A stretch of DNA of 32,000 nt. Origin: Corynebacterium glutamicum ATCC 13032. Its GTDB lineage: Bacteria > Actinomycetota > Actinomycetes > Mycobacteriales > Mycobacteriaceae. Of the stretch, positions 17,928 to 25,321 are shown in pieces (the stretch's first letter is position 1; each line of letters opens with the position of its first letter). The position numbers and the translations under genes were made by a program. The notes under the pieces are model-generated. The model was not told the origin of the DNA. It did no database searches and saw only the letters and a program-made list of their open reading frames with translations. The stretch covers positions 900,001 through 932,000 of the forward strand of contig NC_003450.3 in the NCBI RefSeq assembly GCF_000011325.1. Direction: 5' to 3'.

Positions 17928-19355
17928 ATGAGCAAGAAAAATAGTTCGCAGACACGACCCGGTCAGATCCGACGTCGCCGGCCAAAACCGCAAGCACCTG
18001 CGCAAACGCCACAGAAGGCAGCTCAGCAATCAAAGTTGCTGCGTTTCCTTCCAACCGTGCTGATTCCGCATGGCGTGGCGGTGCTTTTGGTTATTATTCT
18101 CGCCGTAGCCTCCCTAATGTTCACCAATTCTTCAATGGTGAATCTTTCGGCAACGATTGCACAGCTGTGGCTTTCCCTAAATCTCGGTGCGGTGGACGGC
18201 AGTGGGGAAGTGATCTCAGTACTGCCCACGCTTCCCGGCTTTATATTCCTCTGGGCCATCGCCGCGCGCATCCACCGCGCAGTCAAAGATCGTGTCAGCA
18301 TCGCCGACTTAGGCGTCCTCGCAGCACTCGTCCTCGGCATCCCGCTTGCGCTCACCGCCATCGCAGCGTTCATGCTTTTCGACGCCTCCAGCGTCCTCAA
18401 CGTCGAGGTCCCGCCAATCACGCGCCTCCTACGCGTGATGTTGTTCCACCTCAGCGCCCTCTTCCTCGGCATGGGGCCACGCCTGTGGCAGGCGTTGGCG
18501 CGCCGCTACGGTGCTCCAGAATGGCTTATCGACGCCATCACCCAAGCTTTCCGCTTCCTCATCGCATTTGGAACAGTCTCCTTGGTTTCCGTGCTCGTGA
18601 TGACCGCGATCAACCACAGTGCATTCACCGCGACCATGCAGGGCTACGACGACTCCGCCTCTGTTGTGGCCTTGATCGTCCTGAGCATTCTGTATCTGCC
18701 CAACATGATGATCTTTGCGATGGGCAATCTGATCGGCTCACCCCTTTACTTCGGTGACGCCTCCATCAGCGTCTTCAGCGTGCATTCCGTTCCATTGCCA
18801 CCGCTTCCCATCCTCGCAGCTCTCCCCAGCGAAGCCCTCTCATGGGCAGTGGCCTTACTGGTCATCCCTGCAATTATTGCCACCTGGGTCTGCGTGAGAA
18901 ACCCCATGCGCCTTGCCGTGAACACAACAGCAGCAGTCATTTCAGCACTGTGTTTCCTCGTCCTGGCAGTTTTCGCCGGCGGAACCTTGGGCGTATACAA
19001 CTACGTCGGACTCAACCTCCTGGCGTCAGTTGGCCTAGTTTTCGTCTATTTCGCCCTCGTTGGACTCCTCATCGCCGGAATCGACAAGCTGCGCAACCCT
19101 GTAGAAGTTAAGTCTGTTAAGGCTGTGGCTGTTGTGGAGCCCGAGCCTGAAGAAGTTGAAGAGGACGAAGAGGAGCATGTTGAAGAAGAAGTAGATGAGG
19201 AGGAAGAGGAAGTTGAGGAAGGGGTAGAAGAGGTCGAAGAAGACGACGCAGAGGATCCTGAAGAGAATCCTGAAGAGGAAGAATCCGACGAAGAAATTGA
19301 GACAGAAACTGAGGCTGAAGAAACCAATGATGGTTCCGAGGCCGAAGACCGTTAA
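17928..19355 (+). CDS. Polytopic membrane protein, PerM (Rv0955)-like by position, with a polyacidic C-terminal tail
   Basis: About 10 hydrophobic segments. It lies directly upstream of purN-purH, as perM does in mycobacteria. The ORF track starts at TTG 17925, and the adjacent ATG at 17928 is the more likely start. The last 72 aa contain 47 Asp/Glu. Confidence 0.6.
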   Translation: MSKKNSSQTRPGQIRRRRPKPQAPAQTPQKAAQQSKLLRFLPTVLIPHGVAVLLVIILAVASLMFTNSSMVNLSATIAQLWLSLNLGAVDGSGEVISVLPTLPGFIFLWAIAARIHRAVKDRVSIADLGVLAALVLGIPLALTAIAAFMLFDASSVLNVEVPPITRLLRVMLFHLSALFLGMGPRLWQALARRYGAPEWLIDAITQAFRFLIAFGTVSLVSVLVMTAINHSAFTATMQGYDDSASVVALIVLSILYLPNMMIFAMGNLIGSPLYFGDASISVFSVHSVPLPPLPILAALPSEALSWAVALLVIPAIIATWVCVRNPMRLAVNTTAAVISALCFLVLAVFAGGTLGVYNYVGLNLLASVGLVFVYFALVGLLIAGIDKLRNPVEVKSVKAVAVVEPEPEEVEEDEEEHVEEEVDEEEEEVEEGVEEVEEDDAEDPEENPEEEESDEEIETETEAEETNDGSEAEDR

Positions 19356-19365
19356 CATATCTGTT

Positions 19366-19959
19366 GTGAATTCTGACTCTACGACCACCATTGTCGTGCT
19401 AGCTTCCGGAACAGGCACCCTCCTTCAGTCACTCATTGAAGCGCAAGGTACCTATTCGATCGTGGGCGTTGTCTCTGACGTCGAATGCCCTGCACTTTCC
19501 AGAGCCGCAGATGCAGGTATTGATACTGCAGTTGTTCCGCTTGGAAAAGATCGTGCACAGTGGAACCACGAGCTTGCAGACGCAGTTGCAGTAAGCGACC
19601 CAGATTTGGTGGTCTCTGCGGGATTCATGAAAATTTTGGGCGAAGGTTTCCTCTCAAGGTTCCCGTCCCGCATCATCAACACCCACCCAGCTTTATTGCC
19701 TTCTTTCCCTGGTGCCCACGCGGTTCGCGATGCTTTGGCATACGGTGTGAAAGTGTCAGGTTCGACAGTTCACCTTGTCGATGCTGGTGTGGATACCGGC
19801 CCAATTATTGCTCAACGAGCAGTGCCGGTAGAAGTGAATGATGATGAATCCAGCCTGCATGAAAGAATCAAGCAGGTTGAGCGTAAACTCATTGTAGAAG
19901 TCCTGAACAGCGTGGAATTTTCGCGTCAGGGTGGCGTACAACTCAACTGGAGAGGCTAA
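19366..19959 (+). CDS. purN: Phosphoribosylglycinamide formyltransferase (start uncertain: GTG 19366, or ATG 19327/19330 overlapping the upstream gene)
   Basis: PurN pattern [15 protein letters not shown]…[12 protein letters not shown]…[18 protein letters not shown]. The GTG at 19366 gives the usual short N-terminus and lies 10 nt after the upstream stop. Confidence 0.85.
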   Translation: MNSDSTTTIVVLASGTGTLLQSLIEAQGTYSIVGVVSDVECPALSRAADAGIDTAVVPLGKDRAQWNHELADAVAVSDPDLVVSAGFMKILGEGFLSRFPSRIINTHPALLPSFPGAHAVRDALAYGVKVSGSTVHLVDAGVDTGPIIAQRAVPVEVNDDESSLHERIKQVERKLIVEVLNSVEFSRQGGVQLNWRG

Positions 19960-19966
19960 ATCCTTC

Positions 19967-21529
19967 ATGAGCGATGATCGTAAGGCAATTAAACGCGCAC
20001 TAATTAGCGTGTATGACAAGACTGGCCTGGAGGATCTAGCCCAGGCACTTCACCGCGAGAACGTGGAAATTGTTTCCACCGGATCCACTGCGGCGAAGAT
20101 TGCTGAGCTTGGTATTCCTGTTACCCCGGTTGAGGAGCTCACCGGTTTCCCTGAGTGCCTTGAGGGCCGTGTGAAGACACTGCACCCTAAGGTTCACGCT
20201 GGCATCTTGGCGGACACCCGCAAGGAAGACCACCTGCGTCAGCTCAAGGAACTTGAGGTCGCCCCATTCCAGCTTGTCGTGGTGAACCTGTACCCATTTG
20301 CTGAGACCGTTGCGTCCGGCGCCGATTTCGATGCTTGCGTTGAGCAGATCGACATCGGAGGCCCATCCATGGTTCGTGCTGCGGCAAAGAACCACCCATC
20401 TGTCGCTGTGGTTGTTTCACCGAACCGCTACGAGGATGTCCAGGAAGCTTTGAAGACCGGTGGATTCTCCCGCGCGGAGCGCACCAAGTTGGCTGCTGAG
20501 GCTTTCCGCCACACCGCAACCTACGATGTCACCGTTGCAACCTGGATGAGCGAGCAGCTGGCTGCCGAAGATTCTGAGACTGAGTTCCCAGGTTGGATCG
20601 GCACCACCAACACCTTGTCCCGCAGCTTGCGTTACGGTGAGAACCCTCACCAGTCTGCAGCTTTGTACGTGGGCAACACCCGCGGACTTGCACAGGCTAA
20701 GCAGTTCCACGGCAAGGAAATGAGCTACAACAACTACACCGATTCTGATGCTGCATGGCGTGCAGCGTGGGATCACGAGCGTCCTTGTGTAGCTATCATC
20801 AAGCATGCAAACCCTTGTGGCATTGCTGTTTCTGATGAGTCCATCGCAGCGGCACACCGCGAGGCACACGCATGTGACTCTGTGTCCGCATTCGGTGGCG
20901 TCATCGCGTCCAACCGTGAAGTCAGCGTTGAGATGGCTAACCAGGTTGCAGAGATCTTCACTGAGGTCATCATCGCTCCTTCCTATGAAGAGGGCGCTGT
21001 GGAGATCCTGAGCCAGAAGAAGAACATCCGTATTCTTCAGGCTGAAGCACCTGTGCGTAAGGGCTTTGAGTCCCGTGAGATCTCCGGCGGTCTGCTTGTT
21101 CAGGAACGCGACTTGATCCACGCTGAGGGCGACAACTCCGCAAACTGGACTCTTGCTGCCGGCTCTGCTGTTTCTCCTGAGGTTCTGAAGGACCTGGAGT
21201 TCGCGTGGACTGCAGTTCGTTCCGTGAAGTCCAACGCAATTCTGTTGGCTAAGAACGGCGCTACCGTTGGCGTTGGCATGGGACAGGTCAACCGCGTTGA
21301 CTCTGCTCGCTTGGCTGTCGACCGTGCAGGTGCAGAGCGCGCTACCGGTTCCGTTGCTGCTTCCGATGCGTTCTTCCCATTCGCTGACGGCTTTGAGGTT
21401 CTCGCTGAGGCTGGCATCACTGCTGTTGTGCAGCCTGGTGGATCCATTCGCGACAACGAGGTCATTGAGGCAGCCAACAAGGCTGGCGTGACCATGTACC
21501 TGACTGGTGCGCGACACTTCGCTCACTAA
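19967..21529 (+). CDS. purH: Bifunctional AICAR transformylase / IMP cyclohydrolase (520 aa)
   Basis: [21 protein letters not shown]… is a typical MGS-like N-terminus, and the C-terminus is the AICARFT domain. The ATG at 19967 is preceded by GGAGAGG. The 12-codon extension in the ORF track is unlikely. Confidence 0.95.
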   Translation: MSDDRKAIKRALISVYDKTGLEDLAQALHRENVEIVSTGSTAAKIAELGIPVTPVEELTGFPECLEGRVKTLHPKVHAGILADTRKEDHLRQLKELEVAPFQLVVVNLYPFAETVASGADFDACVEQIDIGGPSMVRAAAKNHPSVAVVVSPNRYEDVQEALKTGGFSRAERTKLAAEAFRHTATYDVTVATWMSEQLAAEDSETEFPGWIGTTNTLSRSLRYGENPHQSAALYVGNTRGLAQAKQFHGKEMSYNNYTDSDAAWRAAWDHERPCVAIIKHANPCGIAVSDESIAAAHREAHACDSVSAFGGVIASNREVSVEMANQVAEIFTEVIIAPSYEEGAVEILSQKKNIRILQAEAPVRKGFESREISGGLLVQERDLIHAEGDNSANWTLAAGSAVSPEVLKDLEFAWTAVRSVKSNAILLAKNGATVGVGMGQVNRVDSARLAVDRAGAERATGSVAASDAFFPFADGFEVLAEAGITAVVQPGGSIRDNEVIEAANKAGVTMYLTGARHFAH

Positions 21530-21550
21530 AGTTTTTAAAGATTTCGCTTG

Positions 21551-21578
21551 AAGGCAGACCATAAGGTCTGCCTTTTCG
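21551..21578 (+). terminator. Intrinsic terminator of purH
   Basis: Perfect 10-bp stem AAGGCAGACC / GGTCTGCCTT with loop ATAA, running into TTTT. It starts 22 nt after the purH stop. Confidence 0.75.
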
Positions 21579-21593
21579 CGTATTAATGAGTAC

Positions 21594-22415
21594 ATGTCTG
21601 AACTTATTTGTGGACCAGCTATTCTCTTCGCACCAGCTGGACGTGCTGAGATCATTCCAAAAGCAGCATCGAAGGCCGATATGGTCATCATTGATTTGGA
21701 AGATGGGGCAGGGGAGGTAGACCGTGAGGTCGCCTACAGGAACATTAGAGAATCGGGGTTGGATCCTAAACGAACCATTGTGAGAACCGTAGGGCCGAGC
21801 GATCCACACTTTTTGGCTGACGTGGAGATGGTGAAGTCCACGGATTTCACACTTGTTATGGTTCCTAAACTTCTTGGCAGCGTGCCTGAGGAATTAGATG
21901 GCCTCAACATTATCGCCATGATTGAAACCCCTCAGGCTGCAACCAGCATTCCTCAGATTGCTGCGGACCCTAAAGTCGTTGGAATGTTCTGGGGCGCGGA
22001 GGATCTCACACACCTCTTGGGAGGCACTCATTCTAGGTTCTTGGGTGATGAGTCCAATGAAGGCTCCTACCGAGACACCATGAGGCTTACACGCGCCCTG
22101 ATGCACCTCCACGCGGCGGCGAATGGGAAGTTCACCATTGATGCCATCCATGCGGATTTCCACGATGAAGAGGGCCTCTATTTAGAAGCGGTCGATGCTG
22201 CGCGGACTGGTTTCGCTGGCACCGCATGCATTCACCCCAAGCAGATCGAGATTGTTCGGAGAGCCTATCGGCCAGAGGCTAACCAGTTGGAGTGGGCGAA
22301 GAAAGTGGTGGAGGAAGCAGAAAACCATCCAGGTGCGTTCAAACTGGATGGTCAGATGATTGATGCTCCGTTGATTTCGCAGGCGCGGATGGTTATTTCG
22401 CGTCAGCCTGCTTGA
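21594..22415 (+). CDS. citE: CitE-like HpcH/HpaI-family acyl-CoA lyase (citrate lyase beta-subunit homologue, 273 aa)
   Basis: Family pattern VIIDLEDG…, MIETPQA… and FWGAEDL…. No citD/citF partners are present in the window. Confidence 0.8.
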   Translation: MSELICGPAILFAPAGRAEIIPKAASKADMVIIDLEDGAGEVDREVAYRNIRESGLDPKRTIVRTVGPSDPHFLADVEMVKSTDFTLVMVPKLLGSVPEELDGLNIIAMIETPQAATSIPQIAADPKVVGMFWGAEDLTHLLGGTHSRFLGDESNEGSYRDTMRLTRALMHLHAAANGKFTIDAIHADFHDEEGLYLEAVDAARTGFAGTACIHPKQIEIVRRAYRPEANQLEWAKKVVEEAENHPGAFKLDGQMIDAPLISQARMVISRQPA

Positions 22416-23061
22416 TTAGTTCAAGCGTTTTTTCGACCCGGTCGGCGGGCAGCGGCGCGCCGAGGACGGCGAGGGAGGCGTCGGCAAGCATAATTGCGGT
22501 CTCCGGGAGGCTGTCTGCGGAAAGCGGGCTTGGAATCTTGCCGTCGTTGCGACGCATTTCGATCACCGACATGGTGATGTGGAAGGGGAGTTCTGCGCGG
22601 GGGTCGTCACCGACGATTTCGGTGGCGAGGTCGCGGAAGACGTTGGTGAGGGCTTCGCGCTGGCTGTGGTACTCGGCGAACTCTTCAGAACCAACGATGG
22701 GGAGTTGGTACAGGCGACCGACGTTCCACTTGGTGGACAGCAGCAGACGCACTTCGGAGGCAACGATTGCCCAGAGGCGCATCTCAGGTCCGGCGTCCAG
22801 GGTGCTTAAGTCTTCGGCGAGCACAGTGGACGGCTCGACAGTAGATTTCAGCAGGGTGAGGAAGATTTCCGTCTTGGACGGGAAGTGATAATACAGCGAG
22901 GCTTGGCGGATTCCCACGGCATCAGCGATTTGATGCGTGGAGGTTGTTGCGAAGCCTTGACGGGTGAAAAGCTCAGCAGAGGCGTCAAGAATCTCCTCGC
23001 GAGGATTCTTGCCTGCCCGTCGCGGAGCTGATCTCCGGGGGCGTCCCACTGCTCCTGCCAT
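22393..23061 (-). CDS. amtR: TetR-family global nitrogen regulator AmtR (222 aa)
   Basis: The sequence MAGAVGRPRRSAPRRAGKNPREEILDASAELFTRQGFATTSTHQIADAVGIRQASLYYHF… is recognised as C. glutamicum AmtR. It carries a TetR-type helix-turn-helix. Confidence 0.95.
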   Translation of the reverse strand: MAGAVGRPRRSAPRRAGKNPREEILDASAELFTRQGFATTSTHQIADAVGIRQASLYYHFPSKTEIFLTLLKSTVEPSTVLAEDLSTLDAGPEMRLWAIVASEVRLLLSTKWNVGRLYQLPIVGSEEFAEYHSQREALTNVFRDLATEIVGDDPRAELPFHITMSVIEMRRNDGKIPSPLSADSLPETAIMLADASLAVLGAPLPADRVEKTLELIKQADAK

Positions 23062-23134
23062 AGCGTAATTCTACTTCCTTAAAGTTTTGGCCTATTGATC
23101 TCAAGAGATTGTAGCCAGTAATTGTGCAGAGTTC

Positions 23135-24037
23135 CTATTTGGTATCGATTTCACGGGCTTCAACGGACCGCAACACCTCAGAAAGCAACCGAGCCGATGC
23201 GCCAAAAGTGGCACGTTGCAGCGCGGGAAGCTCCCAAGCGGTGGTTTCTTGATCATGGATGTGATCCATCCAACGTTTCGACTGCAAGCTCAGTGCGGAA
23301 GTCCACACCTGTGTCAGCGCGTCGACTTCATCATTGGTGAGCACACCACGGGCATCCACGAGGCGCTGCGCAGTCGTAGGCGCCAAAGAACCAGCCTTGT
23401 GTGCTGCCCAGCGAGCGATCTTCACCGTGGGAATCATGAGGTTCTCACGAATGTTTACCACCATGTCCAACGAAGGAAGACCCTCATAAGTTTCCACCGC
23501 AGGCGGCCTAGATGACAACGCATCCTGCAACAGTGCTTTGTCATCTACTTCAGCGATCGCCGCGACCCACGTGCCAGCATCCAAATAGACCTCTGGATCC
23601 TCACCAGCGCGCGCACGCTGCTCCCACTCCTCACGAGTTGCCGCACCGATCGGCTCCGCAATGAAGCCCACCTCAGTTAACAGCGCTGAAATCTTTTCAT
23701 TCGGATCTTCTTGGCTATCGACGACCGCCAGCCACCTCACGGGCGAGGTAGGCAGTGCGTCTCCACGCCCCACGGGGCCGGTGAGCACCACGTGGGCATC
23801 CAAGCCAGGGGAGTGCAAAACATCAGTAATAACTTGTGACAGCCACCCTGCAAGCTCCGCGGGCTCTTCACCGTGGTTCAGTGCATTGCCCAACAAATCC
23901 AGCGATTCCTTCAGCACACCGCGGACGGTGGCAAAATCCTGTGCAAGTGGGGCAGCATCCGCTAGCTCAGTCAATGAGGGGTGAAGCACGAGTGATTCCT
24001 TCCAGTTCTCTAGTAGTTCTAAAACTACACTGCGCAT
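23135..24037 (-). CDS. Conserved hypothetical protein, DUF294-like (nucleotidyltransferase-like N-half plus DUF294_C-like C-half), probably catalytically degenerate
   Basis: The 300-aa ORF has good coding appearance. Residues 83-107, VVLTGPVGRGDALPTSPVRWLAVVD, resemble the GS-x-GR-x-E-x4-SDxD nucleotidyltransferase motif but with the Asp positions replaced. The C-terminal …VNIRENLMIPTVKIARWAAHKAGSLAPTTAQRL… resembles DUF294_C. The family assignment is by eye only. Confidence 0.5.
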   Translation of the reverse strand: MRSVVLELLENWKESLVLHPSLTELADAAPLAQDFATVRGVLKESLDLLGNALNHGEEPAELAGWLSQVITDVLHSPGLDAHVVLTGPVGRGDALPTSPVRWLAVVDSQEDPNEKISALLTEVGFIAEPIGAATREEWEQRARAGEDPEVYLDAGTWVAAIAEVDDKALLQDALSSRPPAVETYEGLPSLDMVVNIRENLMIPTVKIARWAAHKAGSLAPTTAQRLVDARGVLTNDEVDALTQVWTSALSLQSKRWMDHIHDQETTAWELPALQRATFGASARLLSEVLRSVEAREIDTK

Positions 24038-24046
24038 GCGACACCA

Positions 24047-24094
24047 ATAGAATCAGACATAGAATTAGGCATAGAATTAGGCATAGAAAAAACC
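24047..24094. repeat. Four tandem 12-bp repeats (ATAGAATCAGAC / ATAGAATTAGGC / ATAGAATTAGGC / ATAGAAAAAACC)
   Basis: Read directly from the sequence. The array begins 10 bp upstream of the start codon of the 23135-24037 gene and runs into the rpsR terminator. Confidence 0.85.
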
Positions 24095-24122
24095 ACCCGC
24101 ACTCGAAATGAGTGGGGTGGTT
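24085..24122 (-). terminator. Intrinsic terminator of the rpmB-rpmG-rpsN-rpsR operon
   Basis: On the minus strand the stem AACCACCCCACTC / GAGTGCGGGTGGTT (one bulged G, loop ATTTC) is followed by TTTTTTCTAT. It lies about 35 nt after the rpsR stop. Confidence 0.7.
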
Positions 24123-24155
24123 CTTTGAGAAGTCGCTGTTACGTTATTCCCAGTC

Positions 24156-24407
24156 TTAGCGGCTGGTGAACGGCAGGAGAGCCATTTCGCGTGCGTTCTT
24201 CACGGCGGTTGCAACCTCGCGCTGCTGCTGCGGGGTCAGACCGGTGACACGACGTGAACGGATCTTGTGGCGGTCGGAGATGAACTGACGAAGGGTGTTG
24301 ATGTCCTTGTAGTCCACCTTCTCGATGCCCGCTGCCTTCAGCGGGTTCTTCTTTGGGCGGCGAGTCTGCTCAAGGCGGACGCGCTTAGCGTTGTTACGCT
24401 GCTTCAT
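24156..24407 (-). CDS. rpsR: 30S ribosomal protein S18 (83 aa, no cysteines)
   Basis: …[49 protein letters not shown]… is a typical S18. GGGAG ribosome-binding site. Confidence 0.95.
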   Translation of the reverse strand: MKQRNNAKRVRLEQTRRPKKNPLKAAGIEKVDYKDINTLRQFISDRHKIRSRRVTGLTPQQQREVATAVKNAREMALLPFTSR

Positions 24408-24421
24408 TGGTAAAAACTCCC

Positions 24422-24727
24422 TTACCAGCTGGACTTACGAACGCCCGGCAGCTCACCACGGTGAGCCATCTCGCGCATACGGACACGGGAAAGACCGAAC
24501 TTACGGAGGTAGCCGCGTGGGCGACCATCGTGTGAGTCGCGGTTACGAACGCGGACAGCAGCAGCATCACGTGGCTGGCTGTTCAGTTCGAACTGTGCAT
24601 CCAGACGATCCTCGTCAGAGGTGTTTGGGTTACTGATAATTGCCTTGAGCTCAGCGCGACGCTCCGCGTAGCGGGCGACGATTTCCTTGCGCTTCTCGTT
24701 CTTGGCGATCTTTGACTTCTTAGCCAT
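24422..24727 (-). CDS. rpsN: 30S ribosomal protein S14, long form (101 aa, no cysteines)
   Basis: [28 protein letters not shown]…[13 protein letters not shown] is a typical S14. No CxxC pairs are present. Confidence 0.95.
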   Translation of the reverse strand: MAKKSKIAKNEKRKEIVARYAERRAELKAIISNPNTSDEDRLDAQFELNSQPRDAAAVRVRNRDSHDGRPRGYLRKFGLSRVRMREMAHRGELPGVRKSSW

Positions 24728-24730
24728 TGA

Positions 24731-24895
24731 TTATCGCTCCTCGCGGAATTCGACGTGCTTACGGACTACTGGATCGTACTTCATGAGGGAAATACGGTCC
24801 GGGTTGTTGCGCTTGTTCTTACGGGTGACATAGGTGTAACCAGTGCCAGCAGTAGACTTCAGCTTGATGATAGGGCGGATATCATTACGTGCCAT
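24731..24895 (-). CDS. rpmG: 50S ribosomal protein L33 (54 aa, no cysteines; not in the ORF track)
   Basis: Hand translation gives [54 protein letters not shown]. The ATG lies 2 nt after the rpmB stop, and the stop lies 3 nt before the rpsN ATG. Confidence 0.9.
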   Translation of the reverse strand: MARNDIRPIIKLKSTAGTGYTYVTRKNKRNNPDRISLMKYDPVVRKHVEFREER

Positions 24896-24897
24896 CT

Positions 24898-25134
24898 TTA
24901 GATCTTCTCCCCACGTGCGCGAATCTGAGCAACAACGGCTTCGATGCCGTCGCGGTCAATGACCTTCAGACCCTTGGTGGAAACGGTCAGAGTGATGGTG
25001 CGTCCCTCGGAAGGGACATAGAACTTGCGACGCTGCACGTTGGGGTTCCAACGGCGGGAAGTGCGTCGGTGCGAGTGTGAGACAGACTTGCCGAAACTCG
25101 GCTTGCGTCCCGTTACCTGGCAATGTGCCGACAT
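24898..25134 (-). CDS. rpmB: 50S ribosomal protein L28 (78 aa, single cysteine)
   Basis: [36 protein letters not shown]… is a typical L28. AGGAGAAAG ribosome-binding site. Confidence 0.95.
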
Positions 25135-25173
25135 AACTTACTTTCTCCTAGCCGCCCACATTCAGTTAGAAGA

Positions 25174-25200
25174 CGCGCCGCACCGGGTGACCGGGGCGCG
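25174..25200 (-). other. GC-rich hairpin between the sulP stop and the rpmB ribosome-binding site (weak terminator or rpmB 5'-UTR structure)
   Basis: CGCGCC…CCGG-GTGA-CCGG-GGCGCG forms 6 + 4 bp with a 3-nt bulge. On the minus strand it is followed by TCTTCT and then, about 25 nt later, the rpmB ribosome-binding site. Confidence 0.35.
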
Positions 25201-25321
25201 AGCATGCCAGCTGACGGGGCGATAACGAATATTTACGACAACAGCAAGGGACAAGTTTACATACGTTGCCCCAAAACACCTAATCGCCTATTCAATGCGG
25301 GTTTAGATCGCCCCGGAAGCC

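Noticed and set aside
19297-19365. A 23-codon N-terminal extension of purN overlapping the perM-like gene.
   Set aside because: The extension is translated from the acidic-tail tract in another frame and is not PurN-like. A GTG at 19366 gives a normal PurN N-terminus. ATG 19327/19330 cannot be strictly excluded.
19035-19418. Minus-strand ORFs (127 aa and 93 aa) across the GAA-rich tract.
   Set aside because: They are Phe/Leu/Ser-rich reverse-frame translations of the acidic-tail coding repeat, so they are artefacts of low-complexity sequence.
20417-21691. A 424-aa ORF antisense to purH that spans the purH terminator and the citE start.
   Set aside because: It lies fully opposite a strongly supported gene. 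Its composition is Ser/Arg/Cys/Leu-rich, which is typical of the antisense frame of GC-biased coding sequence. It has no recognisable motif and crosses a terminator hairpin.
24047-24094. The 12-bp tandem repeats interpreted as a CRISPR array or as canonical AmtR boxes.
   Set aside because: The repeats are contiguous with no spacers and far too short for CRISPR. The AmtR box as I recall it is an inverted CTAT-N6-ATAG, whereas here the ATAG elements are all in direct orientation with 8-nt gaps.
25135-25321. A Zur box upstream of rpmB, and likewise upstream of rpmE at 27243-27473.
   Set aside because: I found no AT-rich palindrome of roughly 10-1-10 arrangement resembling actinobacterial Zur operators. 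CGATAACGAATATTTACG is only weakly symmetric. The question is left open because it needs a matrix scan.
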